Part shown: piece after piece, positions 28,727 through 39,463 of the stretch
How the letters are laid out: every line of letters begins with the position of its first letter
Position numbering within the stretch: position 1 is the stretch's first letter
Assembly (NCBI GenBank): GCA_963745235.1
Contig: CAVUXE010000035.1
Location: 96,001-160,000, forward strand
DNA from: an uncultured Spirochaetota bacterium
GTDB taxonomy: Bacteria > Spirochaetota > Spirochaetia > SZUA-6 > Fen-1364
Direction of reading: 5' to 3'
DNA length: 64,000 nt
Notes under the pieces: generated by a model
What the model was told of the DNA's origin: nothing
Databases searched by the model: none
Seen by the model: only the letters and a program-made list of their open reading frames with translations
Position numbers and translations under genes: made by a program

Positions 28727-29965
28727 ATGCTCACCACCTACTCGCTGAGCGGTCTCACCGTCGTCACGCCGGACACCGCCACGGCCGGCAGCAGCATCCA
28801 GGTCGACCAGAAGAAGCTGGGCCGCCTCGGCGGGAAGAGCAAGTTCGAGCTTCGCTTCGGGGACGGGTATGCCGCCTTCCCCGCCCTCATCAATATCCAC
28901 GACCATTTCAACGGCAACTACCTGCCCAAGGTCGGGCCGCGCCCCGGGGAGTTCTACGTCAACTGGTCTGGACTGGGAGAAGGACCTGCGCAACTCGGAC
29001 GTGGTCAAGGTGGAGCGCGCCAAGACGAGCGTGGAGGAGCGGTACTTCCTCAGCGCGTACAAGAACCTGTTCTCCGGCGTCGTCACGGCCAACGACCATT
29101 TCCCGCACGAATGGAACGAGCCGTTCATTCCGCGCCTGCCCATGCGCGTCATCCGCAACTACACCCTCGCCCACGAGTGCTCCTCCTTCGACCTGAAATG
29201 GGGAGAGGGAATCGAGATCGAGCACGCGCGCGCGCTGAAGAACAATTTTCCCTTCATCACGCACCTGGAGGAGGGTTTCGACGAGGAGACCCAGCGGGGC
29301 ATCGAGATCCTGGAGGAGCTGGGCTGCCTGGACGACCACACGGTCCTGATCCACTGCATCGGCTTCTCGGATGAGGACATCCAGAAGGTGCGCCGCGCCG
29401 GGGCGCACATCGCCTGGTGTCCAGCTTCCAACGTCTTCATGTTCAACGTCACATGAAGATCCGGAAGATGCTGGAGGCGGGGATCAACGTCGCCCTGGGC
29501 ACGGACTCCACGGCCACAGGCTCCGTCAACATCCTGGAGGAGATGCGTTTCGCCCGGGAGATCTACCGCAGGATGTACGGGGAGGACCTCGCCGGCCCGG
29601 ACCATCGTGAACATGGTGACCGTCAATCCCGGCCAAGGCGTTCCGCATGCAGAAGGAGACGGGTACCTGGCGGAGGGCAAGCTCGCGGACGTCCTCGTCG
29701 TGCGCCAGCGCAAGGACGATCCCTGGGAATCACTGGTCGCGATGCAGATGGAGGACATCGAGCTCCTCGTGCAGGAGGGGACGCCCGATCTACGGAGACG
29801 CCGCGCACGAGGAGCTGTTCGCGGCGCGCGGCGTGCAGTACACGAAGGTGAGCGTGCAAGGGACGGCAGATGCTGGTCAAGGGCGACCCGGCGGGCCTCA
29901 TGGAGAGGGTGCGCAAGGCAGTGGGGTTCCGCAAGGTCCTTGACTTCATCCCCCTGGACACCTAG
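28727..29965 (+). CDS. Amidohydrolase/deaminase superfamily protein (several frameshifts)
   Basis: PALINIHDH, THLEEG, IHC, WCPASN, ALGTDS, GKLAD spread across frames. Confidence 0.8.
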
Positions 29966-29989
29966 CTTTCTTCAGGAGCAGGGCGGAAA

Positions 29990-31034
29990 GTGCCCAAGGC
30001 TGTTCAGTACAGAGCCAACTCGATCATCTACTTCAAGGGCGACCAGAGCGAGCGCATCTTCCTCCTCAACCCGGGCAAGGTGAGCCTGAGCTACGTCGAC
30101 ATCGAGACCGGCCAGGAGGTGCGGGACCTGATCAAGACGGGGGAGTTCTTCGGCGTCAAGTCGGCCCTCGGCCACTACATGCGGGAGGAGACGGCCGTCG
30201 TCCTCCAGGACTCCACGGTGATGGTCATTCTCCGTCCGGAGTTCGAGCAGCTGGCCACCAAGAACACCCGCATCATCACCAAGATGCTGAAGGTATTCTC
30301 CAACCAGCTGCGCCGCATCCACCGGCAGGTCCAGAACCTCATGGTGAGCGACGAGCAGGTCAACCCCGAGACCGGGCTGTACAAGATCGGGGAGTACTAC
30401 ATGAAGAACAAGCGCTACGGCGCAGGCGCTGCACGCCTACAAGCGCTACCTCGTGTACTACCCCTCGGGCGCCTACGCGGCGGACGTGACGACCAAGATC
30501 GTCTCGGCGGAGGAGTTCCTCTCCCGCTACGGGTCCGGTGAGCCCCCGGCCTCCGCGGCGCCTTCGCGGCTCCGCGCAGCCGGCGGCAGCCCCGTCGCCC
30601 GCGGCGGCGCCGTGCCGCCGCAGCTCCGGCCAAGGCGGACGGCTCCGACCTGGCGCAGCAGTACTACAACGCCGTGAGCCTCGTCAGCCAGGAAAAGTAC
30701 ATGGAGGCCTTCAAGGCGTTCAAGAAGATCATTGACGGCAGGAGCGGACGCCGAGTACTCGACAAAGGCCGAGTTCGAGATGGCCAAGTGCCTCTTCTAC
30801 CTGAAGCAGTACGACAACTGCATCAAGTCCTTCACCGCCATCGTGCAGAAGTTCCCCAAGCATCCCGAGATGAAGGACGCCCTGTTCTTCGTCGCGCGCT
30901 CCTACGAGGAGAAAGGGGACAAGGCCAAGGCGGGCGGCCTGTACAAGAAGATCATCAGCATGGGCACCGAGGACGACCCGGTCGTCCGCAAGGTGAAGAA
31001 GGCGCTGCGCGCGCTGGAAGGAGGGAGGGCATGA
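29990..31034 (+). CDS. cNMP-binding domain + TPR protein (frameshifted)
   Basis: GEFFG...REETA cNMP domain; TPR helices with YP/FP..P motifs. Confidence 0.75.
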
Positions 31035-31693
31035 GCCCGCGCCGCCGGCCCTGATCTCTCCATGTTCAACCGCTTCATGGTCACGTTCCGCAAGGGCGAC
31101 ATCATCTTCTGCGAGTACGAGCCGGGGGACACCTTCTACCTGATCCAGTCCGGGCAGCGTCCAGATCGTGCGGATCATCGGGGACCTGGAAAAGAACATC
31201 GCCATCCTGCACCCGGGCGAGGTCTTCGGGGAGATGGCCATCCTGGAGGAGGCGCCCGCGCTCGGCCACGACAATCGCGCTGGACGAGGTGAAGGCGCTG
31301 GAGTTCAACCGGGAGAACTTCGAGGTGCTCATGATGGGCAACCCCCAGATCGCCATGAAGCTCCTGAAGCTCTTCGTCAAGCGGATCTACGACCAGAAGC
31401 GCCGGTTCCTGATCCTGACCCTGGAGGACGTGGAGGCCAAGGTTGCGGACGTGTTCCTCATGCTGGCGGAGAACCAGTCCCTGGATACCTCATCCGTGGA
31501 CTCGATCGAGTTCAAGACCACCGTGGACGACATGTCCCACTGGGCGGGAATCCCCCCGGGGCAGTGCCGCGAGGTGCTGAACCACTTCGTCGCGCAGCGG
31601 CGCATCGAGCTTCATCCGGACCGGATCGTGGTCAAGAACATCAACGATTTCGCGCGGTTCGTGGAGTCCCGCCGCAAGCACCAGGAAAAGTAG
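31031..31693 (+). CDS. Crp/Fnr family cNMP-binding regulator (frameshifted)
   Basis: IFCEYEPGDTFYLIQSG, GEVFGEMAILEEAP, C-terminal wHTH-like region. Confidence 0.78.
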
Positions 31694-31710
31694 AAACCCT
31701 CCCCCGGTCC

Positions 31711-32418
31711 TCAGATGCCCAGGTACGCCGCCTTCACCTGCGGGTTGTCCGCGATCTCCTTCGCGGACCCGGAAAGCACGATCCGCCCCGTCTCCAGGAC
31801 GTAGGCGCGGTGCGCGATGGACAGCGCCATCTGCGCGTTCTGCTCCACCAGGAGGATGCTCGTGCCCTGCTTGTTGATCTCCACGATGATGCGGAAGATC
31901 TCCTCCACGAGGATGGGGGAGAGTCCCATGGACGGCTCGTCCAGGAGCAGGAGGGTGGGCTTGCTCATGAGGCCGCGGCGCCGTGGCGAGCATCTGCTGC
32001 TCGCCGCCGGAGAGCGTGCCGCCGTACTGCGTTGCCCGCTCCTTCGAGACGGGGGAAGCTCTTGTAGACGCGCTCCAGGGTCTCGCTGGATCTCCGCCTG
32101 GTCGTTGCGCGTGTAGGCGCCCATCATGAGGTTTTCCCGCACCGAAAGGGGCGCAAAGATCTTGCGGCCCTCGGGGACGTGGCTGATGCCCATCTGGACG
32201 ATCTTCTCCGCGGGCACCGTGGAGATGTCCTGCCCCTTGAAGCTGATCGACCCGGTGCGGGAGCGCAGGAGGCCGGAGAGGGTGCGGAGGGTCGTGGACT
32301 TGCCCGCGCCGTTGGCGCCGATCAGGGTGACGATCTCGCCCTCGTCGACGTTGAAGGAGATGCCCTGCAGCGCGTGGATGGCGCCGTAGTAGACGTTGAG
32401 GTTCTCAACCTGCAGCAC
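31711..32418 (-). CDS. livF: Branched-chain amino acid ABC ATPase (locally frameshifted)
   Basis: GANGAGKST, VPEGRKIF, LDEPSMGL, LVEQNA. Confidence 0.88.
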   Translation of the reverse strand: MLQVENLNVYYGAIHALQGISFNVDEGEIVTLIGANGAGKSTTLRTLSGLLRSRTGSISFKGQDISTVPAEKIVQMGISHVPEGRKIFAPLSVRENLMMGAYTRNDQAEIQRDPGARLQELPPSRRSGQRSTAARSPAASSRCSPRRRGLMSKPTLLLLDEPSMGLSPILVEEIFRIIVEINKQGTSILLVEQNAQMALSIAHRAYVLETGRIVLSGSAKEIADNPQVKAAYLGI

Positions 32419-33209
32419 TGCTCGCCGCTCCTTTGCCGAGGTACGCCTCGATGACCGTCTGGTTGCCCTGGATCTCCTTCGGGGTGCCCCGGGCGATGAC
32501 CTCGCCGAAATCCATGACGGTGATCCACTCGCAGATGCCCATGACGACGCGCATCTGGTGCTCGATGAGGAGGATGGTGAGCTTGAACCGGTCCCGGATG
32601 AAATGGATCAGGTCCATCAGCTCGATGATCTCCCGCGGGTTCATCCCCGCCGCCGGCTCGTCGAGGAGCAGGAGCTGCGGCTTGCAGGCCAGGGCCCGGG
32701 CGATCTCCACCCGGCGCTGCTCGCCGTAGGGGAGGTTCTTGGCGATCTCCTCCGCAATCCCGTCCAGCTTGAAGATGGAAAGGAAATCCAGGGCCTGGTC
32801 GGTGAGCTCCTTTTCCTTGTCGAGGAACTTCCTGGTGCGCAGGAAGGCTGTCCGAGAGGCCGTACCCGGCGTGCGGATGATAGGCGATGCGCACGTTGTC
32901 CAGGACGGAGAGAGTTGGAGAAAAGGCGGATGTTCTGGAACGTCCGGGCGATGCCCAGGCGGGTGATCTCGTACGGTTCCGGCCCGTCGATCCGCTCACC
33001 ATCCAGATTGATGCTCCCGGAGGAGAGCTGGATGAGACCCGTGATGAGGTTGAACACGGTGGTCTTGCCCGCGCCGTTGGGCCCGATCAGGCCCCAGAGG
33101 GCGCCCGCGGGAGGGACAGGGAGAAGTTCTTCACCGCGCAGAGGCCGCCGAAAAACTTGGTGATCTCATCGATTTCCAGGAGAGCCCCAGGTGCATTCGA
33201 ATCCGCCAT
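32405..33209 (-). CDS. livG: Branched-chain amino acid ABC ATPase (frameshifted)
   Basis: GPNGAGKTT, ARTFQNIRLF, LDEPAAGMN, IEAYLG. Confidence 0.82.
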
Positions 33210-33210
33210 G

Positions 33211-34594
33211 TCAGGACAACTCCTTCTGCCGTGCCGGATCTCCGCCGGCCGCTGTTTCACTGTTCGCTTTGCCGCGACGGAGCACTCTTTCAGCTTTCAG
33301 GAACCCCCACTCGATGTTCCCCAGAAGCCCCTGGGGACGGATCAGCATGAGAAGCAGCAGGGTTATCGGGTACAGGACGAAGCGCCAGGTGGGCGCTTCG
33401 GTCCCCATCTGGCCCAGGAGGACCCGGAGGAAGCCTTCCAGGAAGAAGATCCATGCGAAGGCCGCCGCAAGCGTTCCCGTCATGCTGCCCAGGCCTCCGA
33501 AAACCACGATGATGAGCGGGTTGAATCCGGCAATGAAGCTGAACGTATTGGGGCTGAGGAACCCGATGTAGTGGGCGTAGACACCGCCGCCGATTCCCGC
33601 CACGAAGCTTCCCAGCACAAACGCCAGGAGCTTCGAACCCGCGACATCGATCCCCATTGCTTTTGCCGCCGTCTCATCCTCTCGCACGGACATCGAGGCG
33701 CGGCCCGTGCTGGAGCGCACGAAGTTCCGCACGATCACGATGACGAGCATAAGGAAGATGAAGGCAGTTACCCAAGTCGTGAGCTTGGGGATCCCGATCA
33801 TCCCTCTGCCTCCCTTCATTTCAGGGAAGGGGAGGATGGTGTCCGAGTTCACCATGAGCGTCTGGACGACGATGGCAAAGCCCAGGGTGGCAATCCCGAA
33901 GTAGTCGCTTCCCAGCGTGAGCACCGGGCAGGCCGAAAAGGAAGCTCACTTCGGCGGCGAAAGCCCCTGCAAAGATGACGGCCAGGAAAAACACGATCTG
34001 CTGCACCGCGGGTGACGAAAGAGGACCGGGAGCCGCCGTGGTTCCAAACAGGGGTGTCAAGGTGGAAGCAAGCTCGCGGCCCGCGTACAGGGCCGCTGCT
34101 CCCGCAATGACCACGGCGATCAGGTAGAACGTGAAGGCGGAAAGGACGGGGATGCCCCGGCGCATCCGCAGCAAGCGGGCGACACCCATCCACGCCAGAG
34201 CCGCGAGAATGACCCCGAGGCCGACCACGAAGAAACCGCTCGCGTCGCCGTTGGTCCATCTGTAGGTGATGTCAGCCGCCGCGTACGCGCCAATCCCGTA
34301 GAAACCCCACTGGGCAAGGCTGAACTGGCCGTTGAACCCGTAGATGAGGTTCAAGCCGAGGCACACCATGGCCATCGTGACGGCCTGGTAGAGAAGGCCC
34401 TGGTCGAACACCGAGAAAACCGCAAAATCACCGAATTGAGCAAGGAAAGCGAGCTGAATCACGCCGAAGGCCAGCAATACCGTGAGCGCCTTCTGCCAGA
34501 GCGCTTTGCGCGCAAGCCCCCACATGAGCCCGTAAATCCAGGCGATGAGGAGGGCCATTTTTACGATCGTCAAAAAGAGATAGCTCAGTTCCAT
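33211..34594 (-). CDS. livM: BCAA ABC permease (frameshift near 33925)
   Basis: GLNLIYGFNGQFSL, DYFGIATLGF, REDETAA..MG, GGLGS. Confidence 0.85.
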
Positions 34595-34603
34595 CCCGTC
34601 CCC

Positions 34604-35734
34604 CTAGGCCTTCTCGCCCGCCGGCTCCCCGAAAATACCGGTGGGACGGACGAGGAAGACGATGATCAGGATCGTGAACGACACCGCGTCACGCATGGGC
34701 GTGGAGATGTAGCTCATCGTGAGAGATTCAGCCTGTCCCATGATGAGGGCACCTACGAAGGCGCCGGGGATGTTGCCGATGCCGCCGAGCACCGCCGCAA
34801 CGAAGGCCTTGAGGCCGGGGAGGATGCCAAGCTGGGTCCAGATGGATTCGTACGCGATGGCGTACAAGACGCCGCCCATGCCGGCGAACGCCGCGCCGAC
34901 GGCGAAAGTGAAGGAGATCACACGGTCGACGTTTATCCCCATCAGCCGCGAGGTGGGCTTGTCGAATGAAGTGGCCCTCATTGCGATCCCGATCTTCGTC
35001 CTCCTGATAAGGAACTGCAGGAAGAGCTGCACCAGGACCGAGGCCGCAAGAATGATCAGGAAGATGTTGGAGAAAGTGATGGTATTGTCAGGAGAGGCCT
35101 GCCCTGAGTGAATTCGATGGATACCATCTTTGACGTACCACGCGGTGATGTCGAACGGGGCCTTGTAGGGAATGAACCGCGGAGAGAAAACAAACTGAAG
35201 CGCGCCGAAAAACTCCAGAAAGAACGAGACGCCGATGGCGGTAATAAGCGCCGCGATGCGCGGGGCATCCCGCAAGGGCTTGTATGCCACCCTTTCAATG
35301 GTAACGGCGAGCACGGTGCAGACCAGCATGGCAAGGAGAATGACGGTGATGGAACCGATGACCACAGAAAGTCCCTCCGGAACGCCGGGGAAGACCATCT
35401 CAGGCCACCGATGCAAGTGGAACTGCGCGACGGCATAGAAGCTGGTGAATGCACCCACCATGAAAATGTCGCCATGGGCGAAGTTGATCAACTTTACGAT
35501 GCCATACACCATCGTGTAGCCGAGGGCGATGAGCGCGTAGACGAACCCGAGCTTCAAGCCGTCAAGGACGTTCTGCAGGAACAGGATCGGGCTTCGCACG
35601 AAGTTGGTCACGAGGATGTAAGCCGCGAACAACGCAAGCAGGAGGAGAAACCCGTTTCCGACCCACGCCAGGGGCGCACGGTTTCTCCCCGCAATGGCGG
35701 ACGTGGCCGCAAGATGTTCGTTTTTCACAGGCAT
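34604..35734 (-). CDS. livH: BCAA ABC permease
   Basis: YALIALGYTMVYG..INFAHG, KAFVAAVLGGIG. Confidence 0.92.
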   Translation of the reverse strand: MPVKNEHLAATSAIAGRNRAPLAWVGNGFLLLLALFAAYILVTNFVRSPILFLQNVLDGLKLGFVYALIALGYTMVYGIVKLINFAHGDIFMVGAFTSFYAVAQFHLHRWPEMVFPGVPEGLSVVIGSITVILLAMLVCTVLAVTIERVAYKPLRDAPRIAALITAIGVSFFLEFFGALQFVFSPRFIPYKAPFDITAWYVKDGIHRIHSGQASPDNTITFSNIFLIILAASVLVQLFLQFLIRRTKIGIAMRATSFDKPTSRLMGINVDRVISFTFAVGAAFAGMGGVLYAIAYESIWTQLGILPGLKAFVAAVLGGIGNIPGAFVGALIMGQAESLTMSYISTPMRDAVSFTILIIVFLVRPTGIFGEPAGEKA

Positions 35735-35767
35735 GTGCGCTCCGCTCTAGGTAAGATTGAAGAAATC

Positions 35768-35795
35768 GAGAGGGCAACCCTCGGGTTGCCCTCTC
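35768..35795. terminator. Intercistronic hairpin after livK
   Basis: Perfect 13-bp inverted repeat GAGAGGGCAACCC-TC-GGGTTGCCCTCTC. Confidence 0.7.
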
Positions 35796-35812
35796 CGAAA
35801 TGCTCTTTCAGG

Positions 35813-36964
35813 CTATGGAGAGACGAACGAGTCGAACACCTTCTTGCCGCCCTTCACGTGGATGATGACAGCCCCCTTGATGGGGTCGTGCTGGGCGTCA
35901 AAGGTGATCTTGCCGGACACTGCGTTGAAGGTGATTCCTTCCAACGCGGTCTTCACCTTGTCCGTGTTGTCCGCGCCGGCGTTCTGGATTCCCTGCAGCA
36001 GCAGGTTGGTGGCGTCATACGCAAGCGTAGCCAGGGCGTCGGGAACGATCGGCTTGCCCGAAGCGTCCTTGTACTTGTCTCCGTAGGCCTTCAGGAAGTT
36101 CTGCACCTCGGGCCGGGGGTCCGCGGGGTCATAGTGGTTGGTGTAGTAGCCGTTGTCAGCAGCTTTGACATCCAAGTCCGAAGAATCCCATCCATCTCCG
36201 CCCATGAACGGCGCGATGATGCCTTTTTCTTTTGCCTGCTTGGTCGCCAAGTTGACGACGTTGTAATAGTCGGGGAGGTACACAAGGTCTGGCTTTGCCG
36301 CTTTTACCTTTGCCAGGATGGCGGAGAAGTCAGTGTCCGTGCCCGTGTAGTTCTCTTTGCCGACGATCTGTCCGCCGAGCTGGGTGAAGGCGGCTTCAAA
36401 CGCTTCCGCCAGACCTTTCACGTAGTCGTTGCTCTGGTCGGCCATGACGAATGCCTTCTTGGCCTTCAGGTTGTTCACCGCGAACGTGGCCGCGACTTTG
36501 CCCTGGAAGGGGTCGATGAAGCATGCGCGGAAGATATACGGCTTCGTCGCGCCGGTCTTGTCCAACGTGACCGTCGGGTTGGTGGACGTCGGGGAGATCT
36601 GGATGACTTTCGCGGCGTTGGCAATCTCCGATATGGGGATTGAAGCCTTGGAGCACACTTCCCCGATGATGTAGTGCACTTTGTCCTGGTTGATGACCTT
36701 GTTGGCCGCATTCACCGCGGGGTCAGGGGTGCACTGGCTGTCCTCGACGATCGGCGTGATCTTCAGGCCGAGAACACCGCCTTTCGCGTTCCATTCATCG
36801 ATTGCGAGCAGGGCTCCATCACGGGTGGACACGCCGAATGTCGGGACGGGGCCCGACAGCGGCGCAAGCACGGCCACCTTGAGGACCTTGGGTGCCTGCT
36901 GGCAGCCGACGAACACTACGACGAGCGCCAGCGCGATGGCAACGAGCGACAGAAAACGCTTCAT
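35813..36964 (-). CDS. livK: BCAA ABC substrate-binding lipoprotein
   Basis: Lipobox FVGC, PLSG, FRACFID.FQG, GGDGWD, AYDA. Confidence 0.9.
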   Translation of the reverse strand: MKRFLSLVAIALALVVVFVGCQQAPKVLKVAVLAPLSGPVPTFGVSTRDGALLAIDEWNAKGGVLGLKITPIVEDSQCTPDPAVNAANKVINQDKVHYIIGEVCSKASIPISEIANAAKVIQISPTSTNPTVTLDKTGATKPYIFRACFIDPFQGKVAATFAVNNLKAKKAFVMADQSNDYVKGLAEAFEAAFTQLGGQIVGKENYTGTDTDFSAILAKVKAAKPDLVYLPDYYNVVNLATKQAKEKGIIAPFMGGDGWDSSDLDVKAADNGYYTNHYDPADPRPEVQNFLKAYGDKYKDASGKPIVPDALATLAYDATNLLLQGIQNAGADNTDKVKTALEGITFNAVSGKITFDAQHDPIKGAVIIHVKGGKKVFDSFVSP

Positions 36965-37208
36965 TCTTTCCTCCTTCTATAGAATTTCTTTAAAAAGCGT
37001 TCTTGGTGATGAAACGGGGCTGAGCTCCCGGCCGGTCAGACCAGACTCAGCATACCCATCTTGCGAGTTACGTCTCCACCTCCTTGCGTGAGCGAACGAT
37101 GCCGCGAACCGGACCGCGGAGAGACTTTTTGGCAGGGAATCGTGGAAAATAATACTCCCGCTGAACAAATTGTCAAGCATCAAGGCCGCTCTCGCCGCGC
37201 TCATGGAG

Positions 37209-37604
37209 CTACGCAAGAAGCCTGTTGCGAACCTCGGGCAGCTCGCAGTACCAGAGCTCGACCGCCGAAAGGACCATCGCGACAGCGGCAATAATAACGT
37301 ACTCGGCGTCGAAGCGCTGGACCCCTCCTGCGTTTTCGGTCGCATGCGGAAGAAGCATCATCAGCCTGCTGATGATGTTGAACCCTTGGGAAAAGGACAG
37401 CAGGTACCAGGGCCAGGAAGCCGCGCTCTTGCGGAAGATAAGTTGGACGAGAGCAATGACCACGAGGAAAGAAAGGAAGATCGGGAGCCACCACTCCTGC
37501 GTGCGGGGCGAATACGAGGAGGCGGGCAAGATCAAGAGCGGCACAAGCTGAAACCAGAGAACGACATAGGCGACGACGCGGTTGCTGAGCAATTTTCGGA
37601 GCAT
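37209..37604 (-). CDS. Small 4-TM membrane protein
   Basis: Hydrophobic segments; QGFNIISRLMML. Confidence 0.65.
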   Translation of the reverse strand: MLRKLLSNRVVAYVVLWFQLVPLLILPASSYSPRTQEWWLPIFLSFLVVIALVQLIFRKSAASWPWYLLSFSQGFNIISRLMMLLPHATENAGGVQRFDAEYVIIAAVAMVLSAVELWYCELPEVRNRLLA

Positions 37605-37661
37605 GAAAGCACAATATCATGGGGGGAGACGGAATGTCGAGAGAAAATTTTCCCTCCCCCT

Positions 37662-37821
37662 TCGCCATCCAACACTGCGGAATACCGCAGTGGGGCTACA
37701 GGGCGCCTTCCGCACATCCCTGTGCTCGGCGCCCTCTCGCCATCCAACACTGCGGAATACCGCAGTGGGGCTACAGGGCGCCTTCCGCACATCCCTGTGC
37801 TCGGCGCCCTCTCGCCATCCA
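37662..37821. repeat. 75-bp tandem repeat (2 copies + 10 bp) with internal hairpins, 3' of tRNA-Thr
   Basis: Units start at 37662, 37737, 37812; CACTGCGG-AATA-CCGCAGTG and AGGGCGCC...GGCGCCCT. Confidence 0.9.
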
Positions 37822-37828
37822 TGGCTAG

Positions 37829-37901
37829 AGCCAAGACTGGGAATCGAACCCAGGACCTGCGCATTACGAGTGCGCTGCTCTACCAGCTGAGCTATCTTGG
37901 C
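37829..37901 (-). tRNA. tRNA-Thr(CGT)
   Basis: GCCAAGA acceptor, GCGCA-CTCGTAA-TGCGC, GGTTCGATTCC. Confidence 0.95.
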
Positions 37902-37910
37902 GTGCCCGGC

Positions 37911-37939
37911 AGCATACAGAAATGGAATGGGAATGGCAA
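37911..37939 (-). promoter_or_regulatory. sigma70 promoter of tRNA-Thr
   Basis: TTGCCA-N17-TATGCT on the minus strand. Confidence 0.75.
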
Positions 37940-37955
37940 TGGGTGGCTGGCTGCG

Positions 37956-39445
37956 GGGTGCAAATTCCGGCTGTTGGTAGTTTTGGGGCTAGAAAGGTCC
38001 CTCCCAGCGCGTGGTAAACTACCACTGGCAAAAATCTCGAAGCTGGGAGGGAAAGGACAATGGATTCTCTGGTAACGCAAATCCTTGAAAACTTCAAGGC
38101 AGCATATGGGCTGAAGATCACCGACAGCAGCGACATGTTTCTGACCGAGAAGAACCTTCTGGAGTTCCTCATGAGACTGGGACGCGCAACCATGGGCGCC
38201 GTCTTCGAGCAGTTGGACACGGGCTATGAGGGAGCCGTCATTCGCAAAGACGCTCGGAAGTACAAGTTCGTAGGCTACCGCAGGACCAGTCTTCACGGAC
38301 TATTCGGGATGGTCGAATACCGGCGAGCCTACTACTTCAGTAAGCAAGAAGGCGGTGGGGGATACTTTCCCCAGGATGAGAAACTGGGAATCCAGATGCG
38401 ACACACTCCCGGCTGCCAGTACTTTCTCTCCTCCTTTACAGGGCGGGAGGCCTATCAAAAGAGCCTGGATCGGTTTCACGAGATCTTTCGCCCTGATGCA
38501 ACGGAGCTGATCTCCTTGAGGAAGTCCTTGGACATGGACGCAGAGTTGGGCGAGCGTCTGGAGGGGCTGCGACAAGAGGAGATCGCGCAGGTCTTCGACA
38601 AGAGGCAGCTCATAGCCAAAGAGAATGTGATCAAGGAGCGGATGGCAGTGTCGGTGGATGCCACGAAGCTTCGCCAGCGAGGAGAGGAAGAGCGAAGTGT
38701 TGATGGCAAAAGAACTTGCCCGACCGTGTGGCGCGATGTGAAGGTGGGGGCGGTCTCCTCGATTGGCTGGGACGAAAAGCAGCAGGAGGCGTTTTGCACA
38801 GCCAGCAGCTACGTCAGCGGCATCGAACACGCCGATGAGTTCTTCAAGCGCTTGACGGTGGAGGTGCAACGCCGAGCGGAGGATGTGAAAAAGACGCGGC
38901 TGGTGTTCCTGGCTGATGGGGCGAAGTGGATCTGGGATCGTTTCGTTGAGCTTGCTCCGCCCAACAGCACCTTCATTCTGGATTTCTATCACGCCTGCGA
39001 GCACGTCTCGGAGCTGTGCAAGAAACTCTATGGCGAACAGACTCCCGAGTACTGGAAACATTTCAAAGCTTGGAAAACCACCCTCTGGGAAGGAAAAGTC
39101 GAGACGTTCCTCCAAGAATTGCATGTGATTCGTGACATGGTTGAGCACAGGGACTACCGCGACCTCATCCAAGGGCAGATCGACTATTTCACCGACAACA
39201 AAGAAAGGATGCAGTATGACGTCTACCGTGGTGCCCGCCTTCCCATTGGCAGCGGCACCATCGAGAGTGCCTGTAAGAACGTCATCGCGGGCCGAATGAA
39301 GCAGGGAGGCATGACGTGGTCGGAGACAGGGGCAGACGGGATGCTGCAGATCCGCAGCTCCATTGCAAGCGGCCGCCATCTGCAGGATTTCCTGGCCACG
39401 CTGGACCGGGCAGCGTAAATCTACCTACTTATTGAAATCGCTCCC
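37956..39445 (+). mobile_element. IS of the ISLre2/ISKra4 (Mutator-like) group
   Basis: Imperfect 25-bp terminal IRs (GGGTGCAAATTCC...GGTAG / GGGAGCGATTTCA...GGTAG) and 9-bp direct repeat CTGGCTGCG at 37947-37955 and 39446-39454. Confidence 0.85.
38060..39418 (+). CDS. DDE transposase (UPF0236-like)
   Basis: SVDAT, ADGAKWIW, LDFYHACEH, PIGSGTIESACK, RMKQGGM.W. Confidence 0.92.
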   Translation: MDSLVTQILENFKAAYGLKITDSSDMFLTEKNLLEFLMRLGRATMGAVFEQLDTGYEGAVIRKDARKYKFVGYRRTSLHGLFGMVEYRRAYYFSKQEGGGGYFPQDEKLGIQMRHTPGCQYFLSSFTGREAYQKSLDRFHEIFRPDATELISLRKSLDMDAELGERLEGLRQEEIAQVFDKRQLIAKENVIKERMAVSVDATKLRQRGEEERSVDGKRTCPTVWRDVKVGAVSSIGWDEKQQEAFCTASSYVSGIEHADEFFKRLTVEVQRRAEDVKKTRLVFLADGAKWIWDRFVELAPPNSTFILDFYHACEHVSELCKKLYGEQTPEYWKHFKAWKTTLWEGKVETFLQELHVIRDMVEHRDYRDLIQGQIDYFTDNKERMQYDVYRGARLPIGSGTIESACKNVIAGRMKQGGMTWSETGADGMLQIRSSIASGRHLQDFLATLDRAA

Positions 39446-39463
39446 CTGGCTGCGCGTCTTTCA

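Noticed and set aside
37662-37821. CRISPR array
   Set aside because: Units are fully identical with no variable spacers, and there are no cas genes
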